Below, piece by piece: positions 46,252-56,066 of a DNA stretch of 64,000 bases. The notes beneath the pieces are model-generated. The model was given only the letters and a program-made list of their open reading frames with translations, was not told the DNA's origin and ran no database searches. Every line of letters starts with the position of its first letter. Positions within the stretch are counted from its first letter, which is position 1. A program made the position numbers and the translations under genes. Source of the DNA: Candidatus Cloacimonadales bacterium (GTDB lineage Bacteria > Cloacimonadota > Cloacimonadia > Cloacimonadales > JAIOQZ01); the NCBI GenBank assembly GCA_963674825.1, contig OY771587.1, positions 512,001 through 576,000 on the forward strand, given 5' to 3'.

Positions 46252-48607
46252 ACGGATCGTACTACTGACAATCGCTCACCGCGGTGACGATGTCCGGCTC
46301 TACCACAAGCTCGGGCTCTCGCTTGCAAAGCGATATGAGGTGATCATTCTCACGCCCGTCAAGACCGAGCCGATCCCTGACTCTGAAATCCGCGTAATCA
46401 ATTTCCACCCAAAAAACCGCATCAATCTGCTCTACGGTCTGTACCGGCATGCATGCAAGCTCAATCCCGATATCGTGATGTGCATCGAACCGCAAACGAT
46501 GCTACCGGCGCTATTTATTCGAAAATACCGTAAATCATCAATTATTTACGATTGCCACGAGTTTTACAGCGATAGTTTCAGCGAGCGTTTCCCAAGACCG
46601 CTACAACGACTCGCCAAGGGCTTTTACGAGGACCTTGAAAACTTGCTTGCCCGTCGCATGGACGGTATTATCGCGGTCAATGATGTCATCGAAAAGCGCT
46701 TCCGCAAGTTCACCGAAAATATCGCCGTATGCCCGAATTACCTCATGCCTCGCGAAGACCCGGGATCTCCCGACACCGAAAAAAACTTCGATCTGGTTTA
46801 CGCCGGTGGAATGCTGGCCGAAAAAGGCATCATCGTCATTCTGGAAGCCGTAGCAATGCTCAAGGAAAGCTTTCCCGGCATTAGAGCGCTGTTTCTGGGC
46901 AAGTTTTACTGTGAAGAGACTCGCCATCACTTCTTTTCTACTATTGACCGACTCGGGATTGCCGATAACATCCACTTCGGTGGTCAGGTTTCACACGTAG
47001 AGGCGACTAAAGCCATCCAGACAGCCCGTATCGGCGTTGTCATGATGGATCCGCGCATGGAACGCTACTGGAACTCCCTGCCGCTAAAATTCATGGAATT
47101 CCTGCACGCTGGCCTCCCCGTGCTGGCGCAGGACATGCCCATCATGCGCAGCATCGTGGAAGAACATCACGTTGGTGAGACCGTTTCGTTCAACACCGAA
47201 TCGGTCGTGAAGGCAGCAACCAGGCTGCTCAGCCTCGATCGTGAAGAATACAGCAAGATGTGCGCAAGGGCCATGGCAATAGCGCATACGACATTTACCT
47301 GGAACCGGATCGAACCGCATCTTCTCGAACTGGCCGATTCCGTTTTAGCAAAACGCCTCCTCATGTTCGCATATTTTTATCCGCCGCTGGGAGCATCCGG
47401 CGTGCAACGTCCCTGCAAGATGGTGAATTATCTCAAGCAGGCCGGTGTTCAGACCGATGTTATATCTGTGAAAGGCATTGTATTCCATTCATACGACCAC
47501 AAAATGCTGGGCGAGTGCGGTCACCACAGGCTGATCCGTACGCCTTCACTCGACCCCATGTCAATCCTGAAGCGGCTTCTACCGGCACGCAAGAGCAACC
47601 ATGTATATTTCCAGACAGCCGAATGGAAGAAGCGGTTGATACGTGGGATCATGCCCATCGACGACAAGATCGGCTGGCTTCCGTTCGCCCTTCTTGCTGC
47701 ACTACGCATCAGGCCGCGACCGTCAGTCGTGATGGCAACTACCGGCCCCTTTACCGGTGGATTCGCCGCGCTACTCTACAGCTATCTAGCCGGCGTTCCT
47801 ATGGCACTCGACTACCGTGATTCCTATACAGATCACCCTTATATCGGATTCCTGACGCCACTACATCGCTGGCTTGCGCAGGCTGTCGAGCGGTGCGCAC
47901 TCAAGCGTTCGTTCCTGGTCTCCACCGCTGCAGAAGACATGAAAGACAAGCTCGTAGCCAGATATGGCGAATGGCTGCGCCCGAAGACCGTGAACATGTA
48001 CAACGGATGGGATGCCCGGGATTTCGATAGAGAGTTTCCCGCAAAGCCAGATGACAGCAAGATTCGGTTCAACTACCTGGGCAATTTCTACGGCTTGCAG
48101 AAGGTCGACTATTTTATTCGCGCACTGATCGAGCTCAAACAGGAAGGAAAACTGCCGGACGACGTTGTGTTCACCTTCACCGGTAACTATTTCGCCGAGA
48201 CATTGAGAGCGCTGCAAAGCCCCGAACTGGTAGATATGATTAGCATCCACGAACAGGTAGAACATGATAAAGCTATCGACAACATGATGCAGGCAGACGC
48301 ACTGCTGCTGTTCGTCGCCACCCCGAAGGGTAAAGGCGTTCTGACCGGAAAGGTTTTCGAATACCTGCGCTGCGATAAAGAGATCCTGGCGATGGTACCG
48401 CCCGACGGAGAAGTGGCAGATATCCTGCGCGATTGCGGATACGAAGATATTTGCGCAATGGAAGATATTGCCTCGATCAAGCAGAATTTTCTGGACATCT
48501 ACTACCGTTTGAAGCATGGAAAACAGATAGAGCATCGAAATATCGATCAATATTCACGTGAAAGTCAGGTACGAAACTGGATCGAGTTATTGAGAAAGCG
48601 GGTTTGA
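46238..48607 (+). CDS. Fused tandem glycosyltransferase (two GT-B/GT4-like modules)
   Basis: Module 1 'DVRLYHK..SL', 'IYDCHE', 'LPLKFMEFLHAGLPV'; module 2 'AYFYPP..ASGVQR', 'DYRDSY', 'YNGWD', 'GKVFEYL'. Confidence 0.85.
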   Translation: MRQHKRIVLLTIAHRGDDVRLYHKLGLSLAKRYEVIILTPVKTEPIPDSEIRVINFHPKNRINLLYGLYRHACKLNPDIVMCIEPQTMLPALFIRKYRKSSIIYDCHEFYSDSFSERFPRPLQRLAKGFYEDLENLLARRMDGIIAVNDVIEKRFRKFTENIAVCPNYLMPREDPGSPDTEKNFDLVYAGGMLAEKGIIVILEAVAMLKESFPGIRALFLGKFYCEETRHHFFSTIDRLGIADNIHFGGQVSHVEATKAIQTARIGVVMMDPRMERYWNSLPLKFMEFLHAGLPVLAQDMPIMRSIVEEHHVGETVSFNTESVVKAATRLLSLDREEYSKMCARAMAIAHTTFTWNRIEPHLLELADSVLAKRLLMFAYFYPPLGASGVQRPCKMVNYLKQAGVQTDVISVKGIVFHSYDHKMLGECGHHRLIRTPSLDPMSILKRLLPARKSNHVYFQTAEWKKRLIRGIMPIDDKIGWLPFALLAALRIRPRPSVVMATTGPFTGGFAALLYSYLAGVPMALDYRDSYTDHPYIGFLTPLHRWLAQAVERCALKRSFLVSTAAEDMKDKLVARYGEWLRPKTVNMYNGWDARDFDREFPAKPDDSKIRFNYLGNFYGLQKVDYFIRALIELKQEGKLPDDVVFTFTGNYFAETLRALQSPELVDMISIHEQVEHDKAIDNMMQADALLLFVATPKGKGVLTGKVFEYLRCDKEILAMVPPDGEVADILRDCGYEDICAMEDIASIKQNFLDIYYRLKHGKQIEHRNIDQYSRESQVRNWIELLRKRV

Positions 48608-49719
48608 TTTTGAAACAGAAGAAGAAGATCATTCACATTGTTCAATTGCAGCTCCTGTACGGCTCGCAGCGAGTCGCGCTGGATATCTGCAACAATCTCA
48701 ATCGTGACGATTATGAGATATGGATCGCTTGCGCACCATCGGAAGATAAGGGAAACGCTTTTACGCAAGAAGTAGCGCGTCTCAAGCTCAATAAACGGAT
48801 CATTCCGCACTTTCGCCGTTCGCTCGGACCGTGGGATGTGCTGGCGTTCTTCGAGCTGTATGGATTCTTTCGGAAGCACAAATTCGATATCGTCCATACA
48901 CACGGCTCCAAGAGCGGCGTTCTGGGACGCCTTGCTGCCAGGCTGGCAGGTGTAAAGCGAGTCGTCCACACCGTCCATGGAGTACCCTACCACGATCAAC
49001 TGCCGAAGGCCGTACAGGCTTGTTTCCGCACAGCAGAGTGGTTCGCAGGGCTTTTCTGCGATAGCGTAGTATTCGTCAGTGACAACCAGCGCTGCGACGC
49101 AATCCAGCGCAAGGTCGTTCCAACAAATAAAGCCATAACCATCTACAACGGTGTCGAAGAGATCGCAAGGCGTTCTCGAGATTACACAGGAAACGAGCTC
49201 TTGATCGGCTCCGTTGGACGCTTCTGGGATCAGAAGAACTACCCCGTAACCATCAAGGCAGCTATCGAAGCCTGCAAACGAAACCCAGCACTTCGGTTCG
49301 CTTTCCTGGGCGACGGTGAGTACTACGAATCGTGTTTGGGGATGGTCAGAGAGCATGGCATGCAAGACAGAATCGAGCTCCCCGGCTGGCAGGATAATGT
49401 CCACCAGTGGCTGGAACGCTTCGATGTGTTTCTTCTCTATTCGCTTTGGGAAGGGCTTCCTGTTGCGATCTTGGAAGCAATGAACGCCGGCCTTCCGGTG
49501 ATCGCCTCTGACATTGACGGCAATAATGAGCTCGTGGACGAGAGCAATGGCTATCTGATTGATGTGACCCAACCGGAAATTCTCATCGAGCGCTTGACAG
49601 GTTTGACGGATAATCGTGAATTACTCAAGAAAATGAGTGACGCATCTGTGCGTAGAATACAGGAGTGTTTTCTGCTGAAGCGCATGACGGAGGAGTATCT
49701 GAAAGTCTATGATGCCTAA
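48604..49719 (+). CDS. Glycosyltransferase family 4
   Basis: 'DIVHTHGSKSGVLGRLAA', 'VHTVHG', 'SLWEGLPVAILEAMNAGLPVIASDIDGNNE'. Confidence 0.92.
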   Translation: MILKQKKKIIHIVQLQLLYGSQRVALDICNNLNRDDYEIWIACAPSEDKGNAFTQEVARLKLNKRIIPHFRRSLGPWDVLAFFELYGFFRKHKFDIVHTHGSKSGVLGRLAARLAGVKRVVHTVHGVPYHDQLPKAVQACFRTAEWFAGLFCDSVVFVSDNQRCDAIQRKVVPTNKAITIYNGVEEIARRSRDYTGNELLIGSVGRFWDQKNYPVTIKAAIEACKRNPALRFAFLGDGEYYESCLGMVREHGMQDRIELPGWQDNVHQWLERFDVFLLYSLWEGLPVAILEAMNAGLPVIASDIDGNNELVDESNGYLIDVTQPEILIERLTGLTDNRELLKKMSDASVRRIQECFLLKRMTEEYLKVYDA

Positions 49720-50839
49720 AGTATTACTGGGCGCGGGTCTACTGATCAGCGGATTTCTGATGACGTTGCTGCTAACGCCGCTTTTTATAAGGCTCGCAGG
49801 AACGTTGCGCTTGATCGATCAGCCCAACGAAAAGAGTGTCCATCAGAAGGGAACGCCCACTGGTGGCGGACTCGCCTTTGGCATTCCAGCGATCCTACTG
49901 CAATTGGCCGTCTATCGCTACACACAGAATCCTGAAATCCTCACACTGACACTTTGTAGCCTCGGTATCCTGTTAACTGGATACATCGACGACCGCTGGA
50001 AACTGAAGCCTTTCCAGAAGCTCGCATTCCAGGTCGTGATTATTACCGTAGCATATTTTATGGGATTCCGCACCGAAAGCCTAACCAATCCGTTTGTCGG
50101 GCCAATCTCGCTGGGTATCTTCACCTATCCGCTTACGCTTCTATGGTTCTTGTTGGTGATGAACGCAGTCAATCTTATCGACGGCATCGACGGTGCAGCA
50201 GCCGGTATCGCAGCGATTGTATCGATTACCCTTTTCGCGATCGGACTGCATTACCGAAATCTGCTTGTGGTGTACCTTCTCCTTATCATTATCGGAACCA
50301 GTCTGGCGTTTTTGCGCTACAATTTTCATCCAGCTCGGCTCTTCATGGGCGATACAGGAAGCCTCTTCCTGGGGTTCAATCTGGCGGCAATCTCGATGAT
50401 GGGTGTCGGCCCGGCCAAGGGCGTCACGGCTATGACCATGATCATACCGATCGTTGTACTCTTCATTCCGCTTTTCGATACCATGCTGGCTATTGCGAGA
50501 CGGCTGAGACGAACCACCAACATTTTTACAGGTGACCGTGATCATCTGCACCACAAGTTGCTCGAATTCGGATTCTCGCAGCGCACTGTTGCGGTGATCA
50601 TCTACTTCATCACAGTGCTTTTCGGGCTGATCGCCATTGGATTCTCGCTTGCTACTGATCGCGTGATGAATCTACTGCTGATGGTGCTGACACTTTTTCT
50701 CATGTTTATCTTCTACTACCTGATCAGAACTGTAAAAAAGGTAACAATCAAATTCCGAGACAGAAAAAATCCTGAAGAATTGAAGGAAAATACTGGAACT
50801 AAATCGGATGTTCGTACGTTAATAGATAAAAAAACATAA
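49709..50839 (+). CDS. wecA: Undecaprenyl-phosphate N-acetylhexosamine-1-phosphate transferase (WecA/TagO family)
   Basis: 'PTGGG', 'GYIDD', 'NAVNLIDGIDG', 'NFHPARLFMGDTGSLFLG', 'DRDHLHHKL'. Confidence 0.85.
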   Translation: MMPKVLLGAGLLISGFLMTLLLTPLFIRLAGTLRLIDQPNEKSVHQKGTPTGGGLAFGIPAILLQLAVYRYTQNPEILTLTLCSLGILLTGYIDDRWKLKPFQKLAFQVVIITVAYFMGFRTESLTNPFVGPISLGIFTYPLTLLWFLLVMNAVNLIDGIDGAAAGIAAIVSITLFAIGLHYRNLLVVYLLLIIIGTSLAFLRYNFHPARLFMGDTGSLFLGFNLAAISMMGVGPAKGVTAMTMIIPIVVLFIPLFDTMLAIARRLRRTTNIFTGDRDHLHHKLLEFGFSQRTVAVIIYFITVLFGLIAIGFSLATDRVMNLLLMVLTLFLMFIFYYLIRTVKKVTIKFRDRKNPEELKENTGTKSDVRTLIDKKT

Positions 50840-50852
50840 AATGGAGCCGACT

Positions 50853-53288
50853 ATGAAGAAGCTGGTCATCCTGATACTGGTCCTGTCCGCGGTTATGCTG
50901 CACGGTATCCGCAACTGGAAGACGCACACCAACACTACACACCTTTTCGACCTCTACGAACAGGATGGTACGATCTACATCGCTACCTGGGGTGGCTTTG
51001 TGCTGTATGATATGCAGAGCGGTGAATTCACTCGAACATACACCAATGTGGACGGACTTGAGAGTCAGGATATACGCGCATTGGCAGGCTTTGCCGAAAC
51101 TGGCGAAGTGCTGGCCGGAACTAATGCCGGCGGTCTTGAGAGATACCGTGACGGTGATTTCGATATCCCAATTTCCAGCACCACCGGCTTGATCTCTCCC
51201 AAGGTGCAGGATGTCGAAACCTACGAGAACCAGCTTTTTGTCGCCACCAATGAAGGTCTTAGCGCTTTCACCAACAGCGACGACTTCCCTTTTCCGCTCC
51301 TGACCAATAATTTTACCGTGCTCAATGGATTATCCTCGTCCGACGTCCAGGAAGTAGAGATCACACAGGACGGCTATGTCGTCAGCTCCAGCATCGAAGG
51401 TCTCGATTACTGTCATGTCGATTCCCTACTGCTGGTCACAGCATGGCATCCAATTAGCATCAACTCATTCGGATATAACGATCTTTCCATGTCCAGAATG
51501 TCGATCAATGGCAACAAGCTCGCCATTTCGACTAACCACGGCATCCTTTGCCTGAATAATTTCCCGGCATCCCTGGATTACGTGTTCTATGATACCGATA
51601 GCGGCCTTGAAGCCGATCCGACCTATCCAGTCTATATCGACGACGAAGAGAACATATGGTTTAGCTACGGAACGTGGGATGCAACCAGCCTATTGCTTGA
51701 AGACAGCCTTTCGACCGCAGTCGTGAAGATGACGCCCGAAGGTGAATTCACTACCTGGAGCGATTCCGAGATCAGCACCAAGATCATGGGGTTTACCAAA
51801 ATCGGTGAGAAGATGGCCGCCTGGAGCTGGGGTGAGGGCTTTTATCTACTGGAAAATGGTATGTGGAGCAACCATAAGCCACAATCGATCATCGCCAATA
51901 CCGTCACGCAGATGGCTGTGGACGACAACGGCCTGGTGTGGATCGTGAACGGGTATCGCGGCAGTGCTACGACGAGTCGCGGAACTCGCGGCGTTTCAGG
52001 CTACGATGTCAATAATGATGTCTGGTACAACTACAACGTCGAGAACAGCCCGCTTCTGAGCAACAATATGTTCAGCGTGGGTGTGGATGGGCAGAACCGC
52101 AAATGCTTCGGTACATGGTACAGCTCGATCGTTGGATGGGACGAAGGCATTTCTCTATATGACGATAGCCAGGGCGAACCCACATGGTCGATGCTCCGTA
52201 CAGGTCTTCTCAATACGACGATCAGCTACATGACGCGCGATCCGGGCTATTCGAACAGCTACGACGCGGATCTCTGGGCGTGTTCCTACGGCAACAACGG
52301 CGGCATAAACGTTCTCAAAGACGGAGAGGTTATCGCAACTTTCCGTGTTCCATGGTTCGAGCTTTACGACCCCATTACTTGCTATATCGGCAAAGACAAG
52401 ATGATGTTTGGTAGCTACCATGATGGGCTGCGCATCTACGACGGCGATACAATCCCTGTTGACGGCGACTTCGTCGGCTGGAGCAGACCCGAATTCACCG
52501 AGCTATACAACAGTGGACGTATCTATGCGATCACCTACCGCGAAAATGACTGGGAAAGCGAATATTGGGTCGCTTCATCCAATGGACTTTTCGTGATGGA
52601 TGAATTCGACAACTGGTATTCACTCGGAACAAGCATCAAACGCGAGAAATGGGATGAAGACGGAAACAACTGGGAAGTCTATCAGCGCTATTTCACTAAT
52701 GAAGAGCGACTCTACGGCGCAAGTGCGACCATCCCAACCGCTTTATACACTGACCCGTTCGACCGCGTATGGATCGGAACCGAATCCAACGGCATTACCG
52801 TATATGACGGCGATACAGACACATACACGACGTACAATACTGCCAATGCACCGCTTTTGTCGGACTATATAACCGCATTCGCATACGAGCCTATCTCGGG
52901 CCGGCTTTTCATCGGAACACCTGAAGGACTTAACTCCGTTGAGATCGGCATCACCAACAATCCTGCCAAGAACATCCACGAGAGCGAAGTCAAGGCCTTC
53001 CCCAATCCATACTATCCGGCCAAGACGTCTTATCCGATGTCCATTGTCAACGGTATCAGCGGATCCGGCTCAACCGCGGACTATGGTATCTTCCCGGATG
53101 ACGCGCGATGCAATATCTACGATTTCTCCGGACGTCACATCCTCACCCTGAAGCTGACCCACCACAAGGAATTCCAGTGGGACGGCAACAACGAAGCAGG
53201 TAAGGAATGCAGCTCGGGTATCTATTTCTACGTGGTGTATGACGACGGCGGACAGATCAGCAAAGGCACGATATCCCTGATTCGGTAA
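50853..53288 (+). CDS. PorZ-like beta-propeller protein with C-terminal sorting-domain-like Ig fold
   Basis: Signal peptide then 'NWKTHTN'; propeller repeats 'YIATWGG', 'YNVENSPLLSN', 'VWIGTESNG', 'YNTANAPLLSD', 'LFIGTPEGL'; tail 'KAFPNPY..WDGNNEAGKECSSGIYFY..KGTISLIR'. Confidence 0.65.
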   Translation: MKKLVILILVLSAVMLHGIRNWKTHTNTTHLFDLYEQDGTIYIATWGGFVLYDMQSGEFTRTYTNVDGLESQDIRALAGFAETGEVLAGTNAGGLERYRDGDFDIPISSTTGLISPKVQDVETYENQLFVATNEGLSAFTNSDDFPFPLLTNNFTVLNGLSSSDVQEVEITQDGYVVSSSIEGLDYCHVDSLLLVTAWHPISINSFGYNDLSMSRMSINGNKLAISTNHGILCLNNFPASLDYVFYDTDSGLEADPTYPVYIDDEENIWFSYGTWDATSLLLEDSLSTAVVKMTPEGEFTTWSDSEISTKIMGFTKIGEKMAAWSWGEGFYLLENGMWSNHKPQSIIANTVTQMAVDDNGLVWIVNGYRGSATTSRGTRGVSGYDVNNDVWYNYNVENSPLLSNNMFSVGVDGQNRKCFGTWYSSIVGWDEGISLYDDSQGEPTWSMLRTGLLNTTISYMTRDPGYSNSYDADLWACSYGNNGGINVLKDGEVIATFRVPWFELYDPITCYIGKDKMMFGSYHDGLRIYDGDTIPVDGDFVGWSRPEFTELYNSGRIYAITYRENDWESEYWVASSNGLFVMDEFDNWYSLGTSIKREKWDEDGNNWEVYQRYFTNEERLYGASATIPTALYTDPFDRVWIGTESNGITVYDGDTDTYTTYNTANAPLLSDYITAFAYEPISGRLFIGTPEGLNSVEIGITNNPAKNIHESEVKAFPNPYYPAKTSYPMSIVNGISGSGSTADYGIFPDDARCNIYDFSGRHILTLKLTHHKEFQWDGNNEAGKECSSGIYFYVVYDDGGQISKGTISLIR

Positions 53289-54280
53289 TGGATACGACAA
53301 TCCAATTCTGCTCACCCGACGAACTGAGCGCACAGGTGCAGCGGGATCGTACGCTCGTTATCGTCGATGAAACTATCCGCGATCTGCACCCACGTCGCTT
53401 CGACGGGCTGAATGTCATCACACTCCGTGCCACCGAGCATGTAAAGACACTGGCTACCATAGAAGATCTCTATCGTCGCTTTCAACAGATGGAAATCACC
53501 CGCCACCACACAATTTACGCCGTGGGAGGTGGAATCATCACAGATATTGCTGGATTCGCAGCTGCCACGTGGAAACGCGGATGTAATCTCGCGCTGGTCC
53601 CGACAACGCTCCTCGCGATGGTCGATGCAGCCGTTGGCGGGAAAAATGGCGTCAACTTCGGCGGTATGAAAAATGCCGTCGGGACTTTCTACAATCCACA
53701 GCAAATCGTGGTCATTCCTGAATTTCTCAAGACGCTGCAACCACTTCAACGATTGTCGGGAATAGGCGAAATCGTTAAAATGGCGCTTCTCGATGTAAAT
53801 CCTCTCTACGAAATGCTTTCGAGTGGGATTAACCCTACAAGCAATGAGGTTATCCGGCTTGCGATTGAGCGGAAGATGCACTATGTGACGATCGATCCAC
53901 ACGACCGCGGTGAACGCGCCAAGCTCAATCTCGGGCATACTTTTGGACATCTCATCGAGTCCGCTTCAGAATACACAACTCCACATGGAATCGCTGTTGC
54001 GATCGGTATCCGCTACGCTGCCCGGTATAGCCGCGAGATGGGCTGGCTGCATCCTACAGATGAAGCGCGGATCAACGAGCTCCTGGATCGCTTCGAGTTG
54101 CCCATAGCTCCGGACGATGAAACGCGTCGGCGAATCGAACGTGATGGCCTTGATATCCTTCGCGCCGATAAAAAACGTGGCACCTCTCACTTGAAGCTAA
54201 TTTGCTTCAATGGCTTCCATTCGACGTTCGTGCATGAATGTACAGAACTCCGAAACCTTGTTTCACTTTTTTCATATTGA
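53288..54280 (+). CDS. aroB: 3-dehydroquinate synthase
   Basis: 'GGGIITDIAGFAA', 'PTTLLAMVDAAVGGKNGVN', 'KNAVGTF', 'LNLGHTFGHLIE', 'HGIAVAIG'. Confidence 0.93.
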   Translation: MDTTIQFCSPDELSAQVQRDRTLVIVDETIRDLHPRRFDGLNVITLRATEHVKTLATIEDLYRRFQQMEITRHHTIYAVGGGIITDIAGFAAATWKRGCNLALVPTTLLAMVDAAVGGKNGVNFGGMKNAVGTFYNPQQIVVIPEFLKTLQPLQRLSGIGEIVKMALLDVNPLYEMLSSGINPTSNEVIRLAIERKMHYVTIDPHDRGERAKLNLGHTFGHLIESASEYTTPHGIAVAIGIRYAARYSREMGWLHPTDEARINELLDRFELPIAPDDETRRRIERDGLDILRADKKRGTSHLKLICFNGFHSTFVHECTELRNLVSLFSY

Positions 54281-54394
54281 CGAACTTTACCATTATTACA
54301 TGATCTGTACGAACATGAGAGGCAGGTAAATTGCCTGCGATCCATCCGAAAAGAGTAGACATCAGTTAGGATTCATTGGAATACAGGAGGCACA

Positions 54395-54943
54395 ATGAAG
54401 ATACTTGCTATTATCGGTAGTCCACGAGAAGAAGGCAACACCGCGCAGTTGGTAAAGGAAATGGTTCGCGATATCAAGGGTGCGGAAGTAAAGACTTTTC
54501 ATTTGAACAAGATGGACATCCGTGGATGCCAGGCTTGCATGTATTGCAGAAGCAATCCAGGCTGCATTCAACCTGACGAAATGCAGCAGATTTATAAGGA
54601 ACTAACCGAGGCCGATCTGGTTGTGGTTGGATTCCCTATTTACATGTGGCAAATGACCGGGCAAACAAAGCTCTTTGTGGACAGACTGTTCGCGTATTAC
54701 AATTACGACGGAAACATGCCGACTTATAAGGATAAAGGAGTCATTCTCGCCATTTGCCAGGGAGCGGAAAATGGGATCTTCAAGTCGTACATTGACGAGA
54801 CGGTGAAGATGTTCCGATTCCTCGGATTCAAATCGTGCGAAGCCATCGTTGCTGGTGGAGTTGGTGCTCCGGGCGATGTCCTGAAAAAGACAGACACGAT
54901 AGAAACAGCACGTTTATTGGTTAGAAATCATTTGAATCAATAA
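54395..54943 (+). CDS. Flavodoxin-fold iron-sulfur flavoprotein / FMN reductase family
   Basis: 'IIGSPREEGNT', 'CQACMYC.....C', 'PIYMW', 'KLFVDR'. Confidence 0.88.
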   Translation: MKILAIIGSPREEGNTAQLVKEMVRDIKGAEVKTFHLNKMDIRGCQACMYCRSNPGCIQPDEMQQIYKELTEADLVVVGFPIYMWQMTGQTKLFVDRLFAYYNYDGNMPTYKDKGVILAICQGAENGIFKSYIDETVKMFRFLGFKSCEAIVAGGVGAPGDVLKKTDTIETARLLVRNHLNQ

Positions 54944-55416
54944 TAGGGGAACCAGTCTCTCTTACGGATTTTGTGCACTTTCATGCAGACGCTTTCACCT
55001 GATTCGGTATGATAGACAAATTTCCTGCCCAGCTTGCCGCCGGTATCGCGCGTGATGATTTCAATCTGATAGCGTTGCAGTATCTCTTCGGCTACGGTGG
55101 TATTCTCACCGCCGCAGCTGCTGTTTCCATCGGTTCCACCACCGACCATATGTGCTTTCAAGTCGCTGATGCTTGAGCCTTCTTCTTCCATGGTCTTGAC
55201 CAGCTTGGGAATCGCGACATCCCCATACATGCCGGTCTTGCGATTCGCCGAACGCGCGTATTGGAACATACAGCATCCCGAATACTGTTTCTTCTCGTCC
55301 CAAAGCGCAACAAACAGCCCTGAACCCAGCACCCCGTAAACGATATGCGGATGGGGGGTTACAACCGCAAATCCCGGGCGCAACAGATAACCGTTGTCAG
55401 GCAAACCGCCTTGCAT
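54937..55416 (-). CDS. cheD: CheD-like protein with degenerate catalytic motif
   Basis: 'YLLRPG', 'VLGS', 'LWD', 'YGDVAIPKL', 'LKAHMVGGG', 'DTGGKLGRK'. Confidence 0.75.
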   Translation of the reverse strand: MQGGLPDNGYLLRPGFAVVTPHPHIVYGVLGSGLFVALWDEKKQYSGCCMFQYARSANRKTGMYGDVAIPKLVKTMEEEGSSISDLKAHMVGGGTDGNSSCGGENTTVAEEILQRYQIEIITRDTGGKLGRKFVYHTESGESVCMKVHKIRKRDWFPYY

Positions 55417-55420
55417 GAAA

Positions 55421-55771
55421 TCAGCTCCTTTTCGGCTCGATAATGGAATTCAATATCGAGCTTAAAATCGTTATGATCAGCGCTGCCAGTGTTGCAGAAA
55501 ACCATCCATGTGTTTCAAACGACGGTACGATCGCGCTTGCCAGCATCAACATCAAGCCATTGATGAAGAGCAGGAATATACCTAAGGTAATGATTGTTAC
55601 AGGCAATGTCAACAAAATGATGATCGGACGCACAATCGCGTTGGCGATTGCCAGAACGAACGCCGCCAGCAAAGCCGGGCCCAGGTCGCCGATGTAATAC
55701 AGGTTCGTAATCCGACCGACCAAATAGATCACAACCATCATTACCAGAAGCTTGATAACAAATTTTTTCAT
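55421..55771 (-). CDS. YvlD / 4-TMS phage-holin-superfamily membrane protein
   Basis: 'ANAIVRPIIILLTLPVTIITLGIFLLFINGLML'. Confidence 0.88.
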   Translation of the reverse strand: MKKFVIKLLVMMVVIYLVGRITNLYYIGDLGPALLAAFVLAIANAIVRPIIILLTLPVTIITLGIFLLFINGLMLMLASAIVPSFETHGWFSATLAALIITILSSILNSIIEPKRS

Positions 55772-55792
55772 TCGGACTCCTCGAGTTAGCGA

Positions 55793-55888
55793 TTAGTCAT
55801 TCCTGAGGTTGAATTTGAATCCACCGTGTTTCTTCCCAATGTATATGATTGAGAAAATGATACCCGCGATTATCAATACTTTCTTCAA
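55793..55888 (-). CDS. Putative 31-aa membrane peptide
   Basis: SD AAGGAG, TTG start: MKKVLIIAGIIFSIIYIGKKHGGFKFNLRND*. Confidence 0.55.
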   Translation of the reverse strand: MKKVLIIAGIIFSIIYIGKKHGGFKFNLRND

Positions 55889-55906
55889 GCGTAACTCCTT
55901 CTTCCG

Positions 55907-56011
55907 TTACTCGGTTCCGTTACTCTTGAAACCGATCTTTACGCTATTCTGCAAGCAGACCAGGACAACAAACGTCGCGCTCATACAAGCAAAGATCACA
56001 ACTTGCCTCAT
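55907..56011 (-). CDS. Putative 34-aa membrane peptide
   Basis: SD GGGAG, ATG start: MRQVVIFACMSATFVVLVCLQNSVKIGFKSNGTE*. Confidence 0.45.
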   Translation of the reverse strand: MRQVVIFACMSATFVVLVCLQNSVKIGFKSNGTE

Positions 56012-56066
56012 ACAGCTCCCTGCGTTACAGGATTAACACATGAACTAACAAAGCTCCATATAGAGC

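Noticed and set aside
54320..54338. sigma54 promoter (AGGCAGGTAAATTGC) before the flavoprotein gene
   Set aside because: Only GG-N10-GC matches, and the sequence is equally explained as a small GCAGG/CCTGC hairpin.
55421..55771. Prophage lysis gene
   Set aside because: This holin superfamily (YvlD) is commonly chromosomal, and there are no phage genes nearby.
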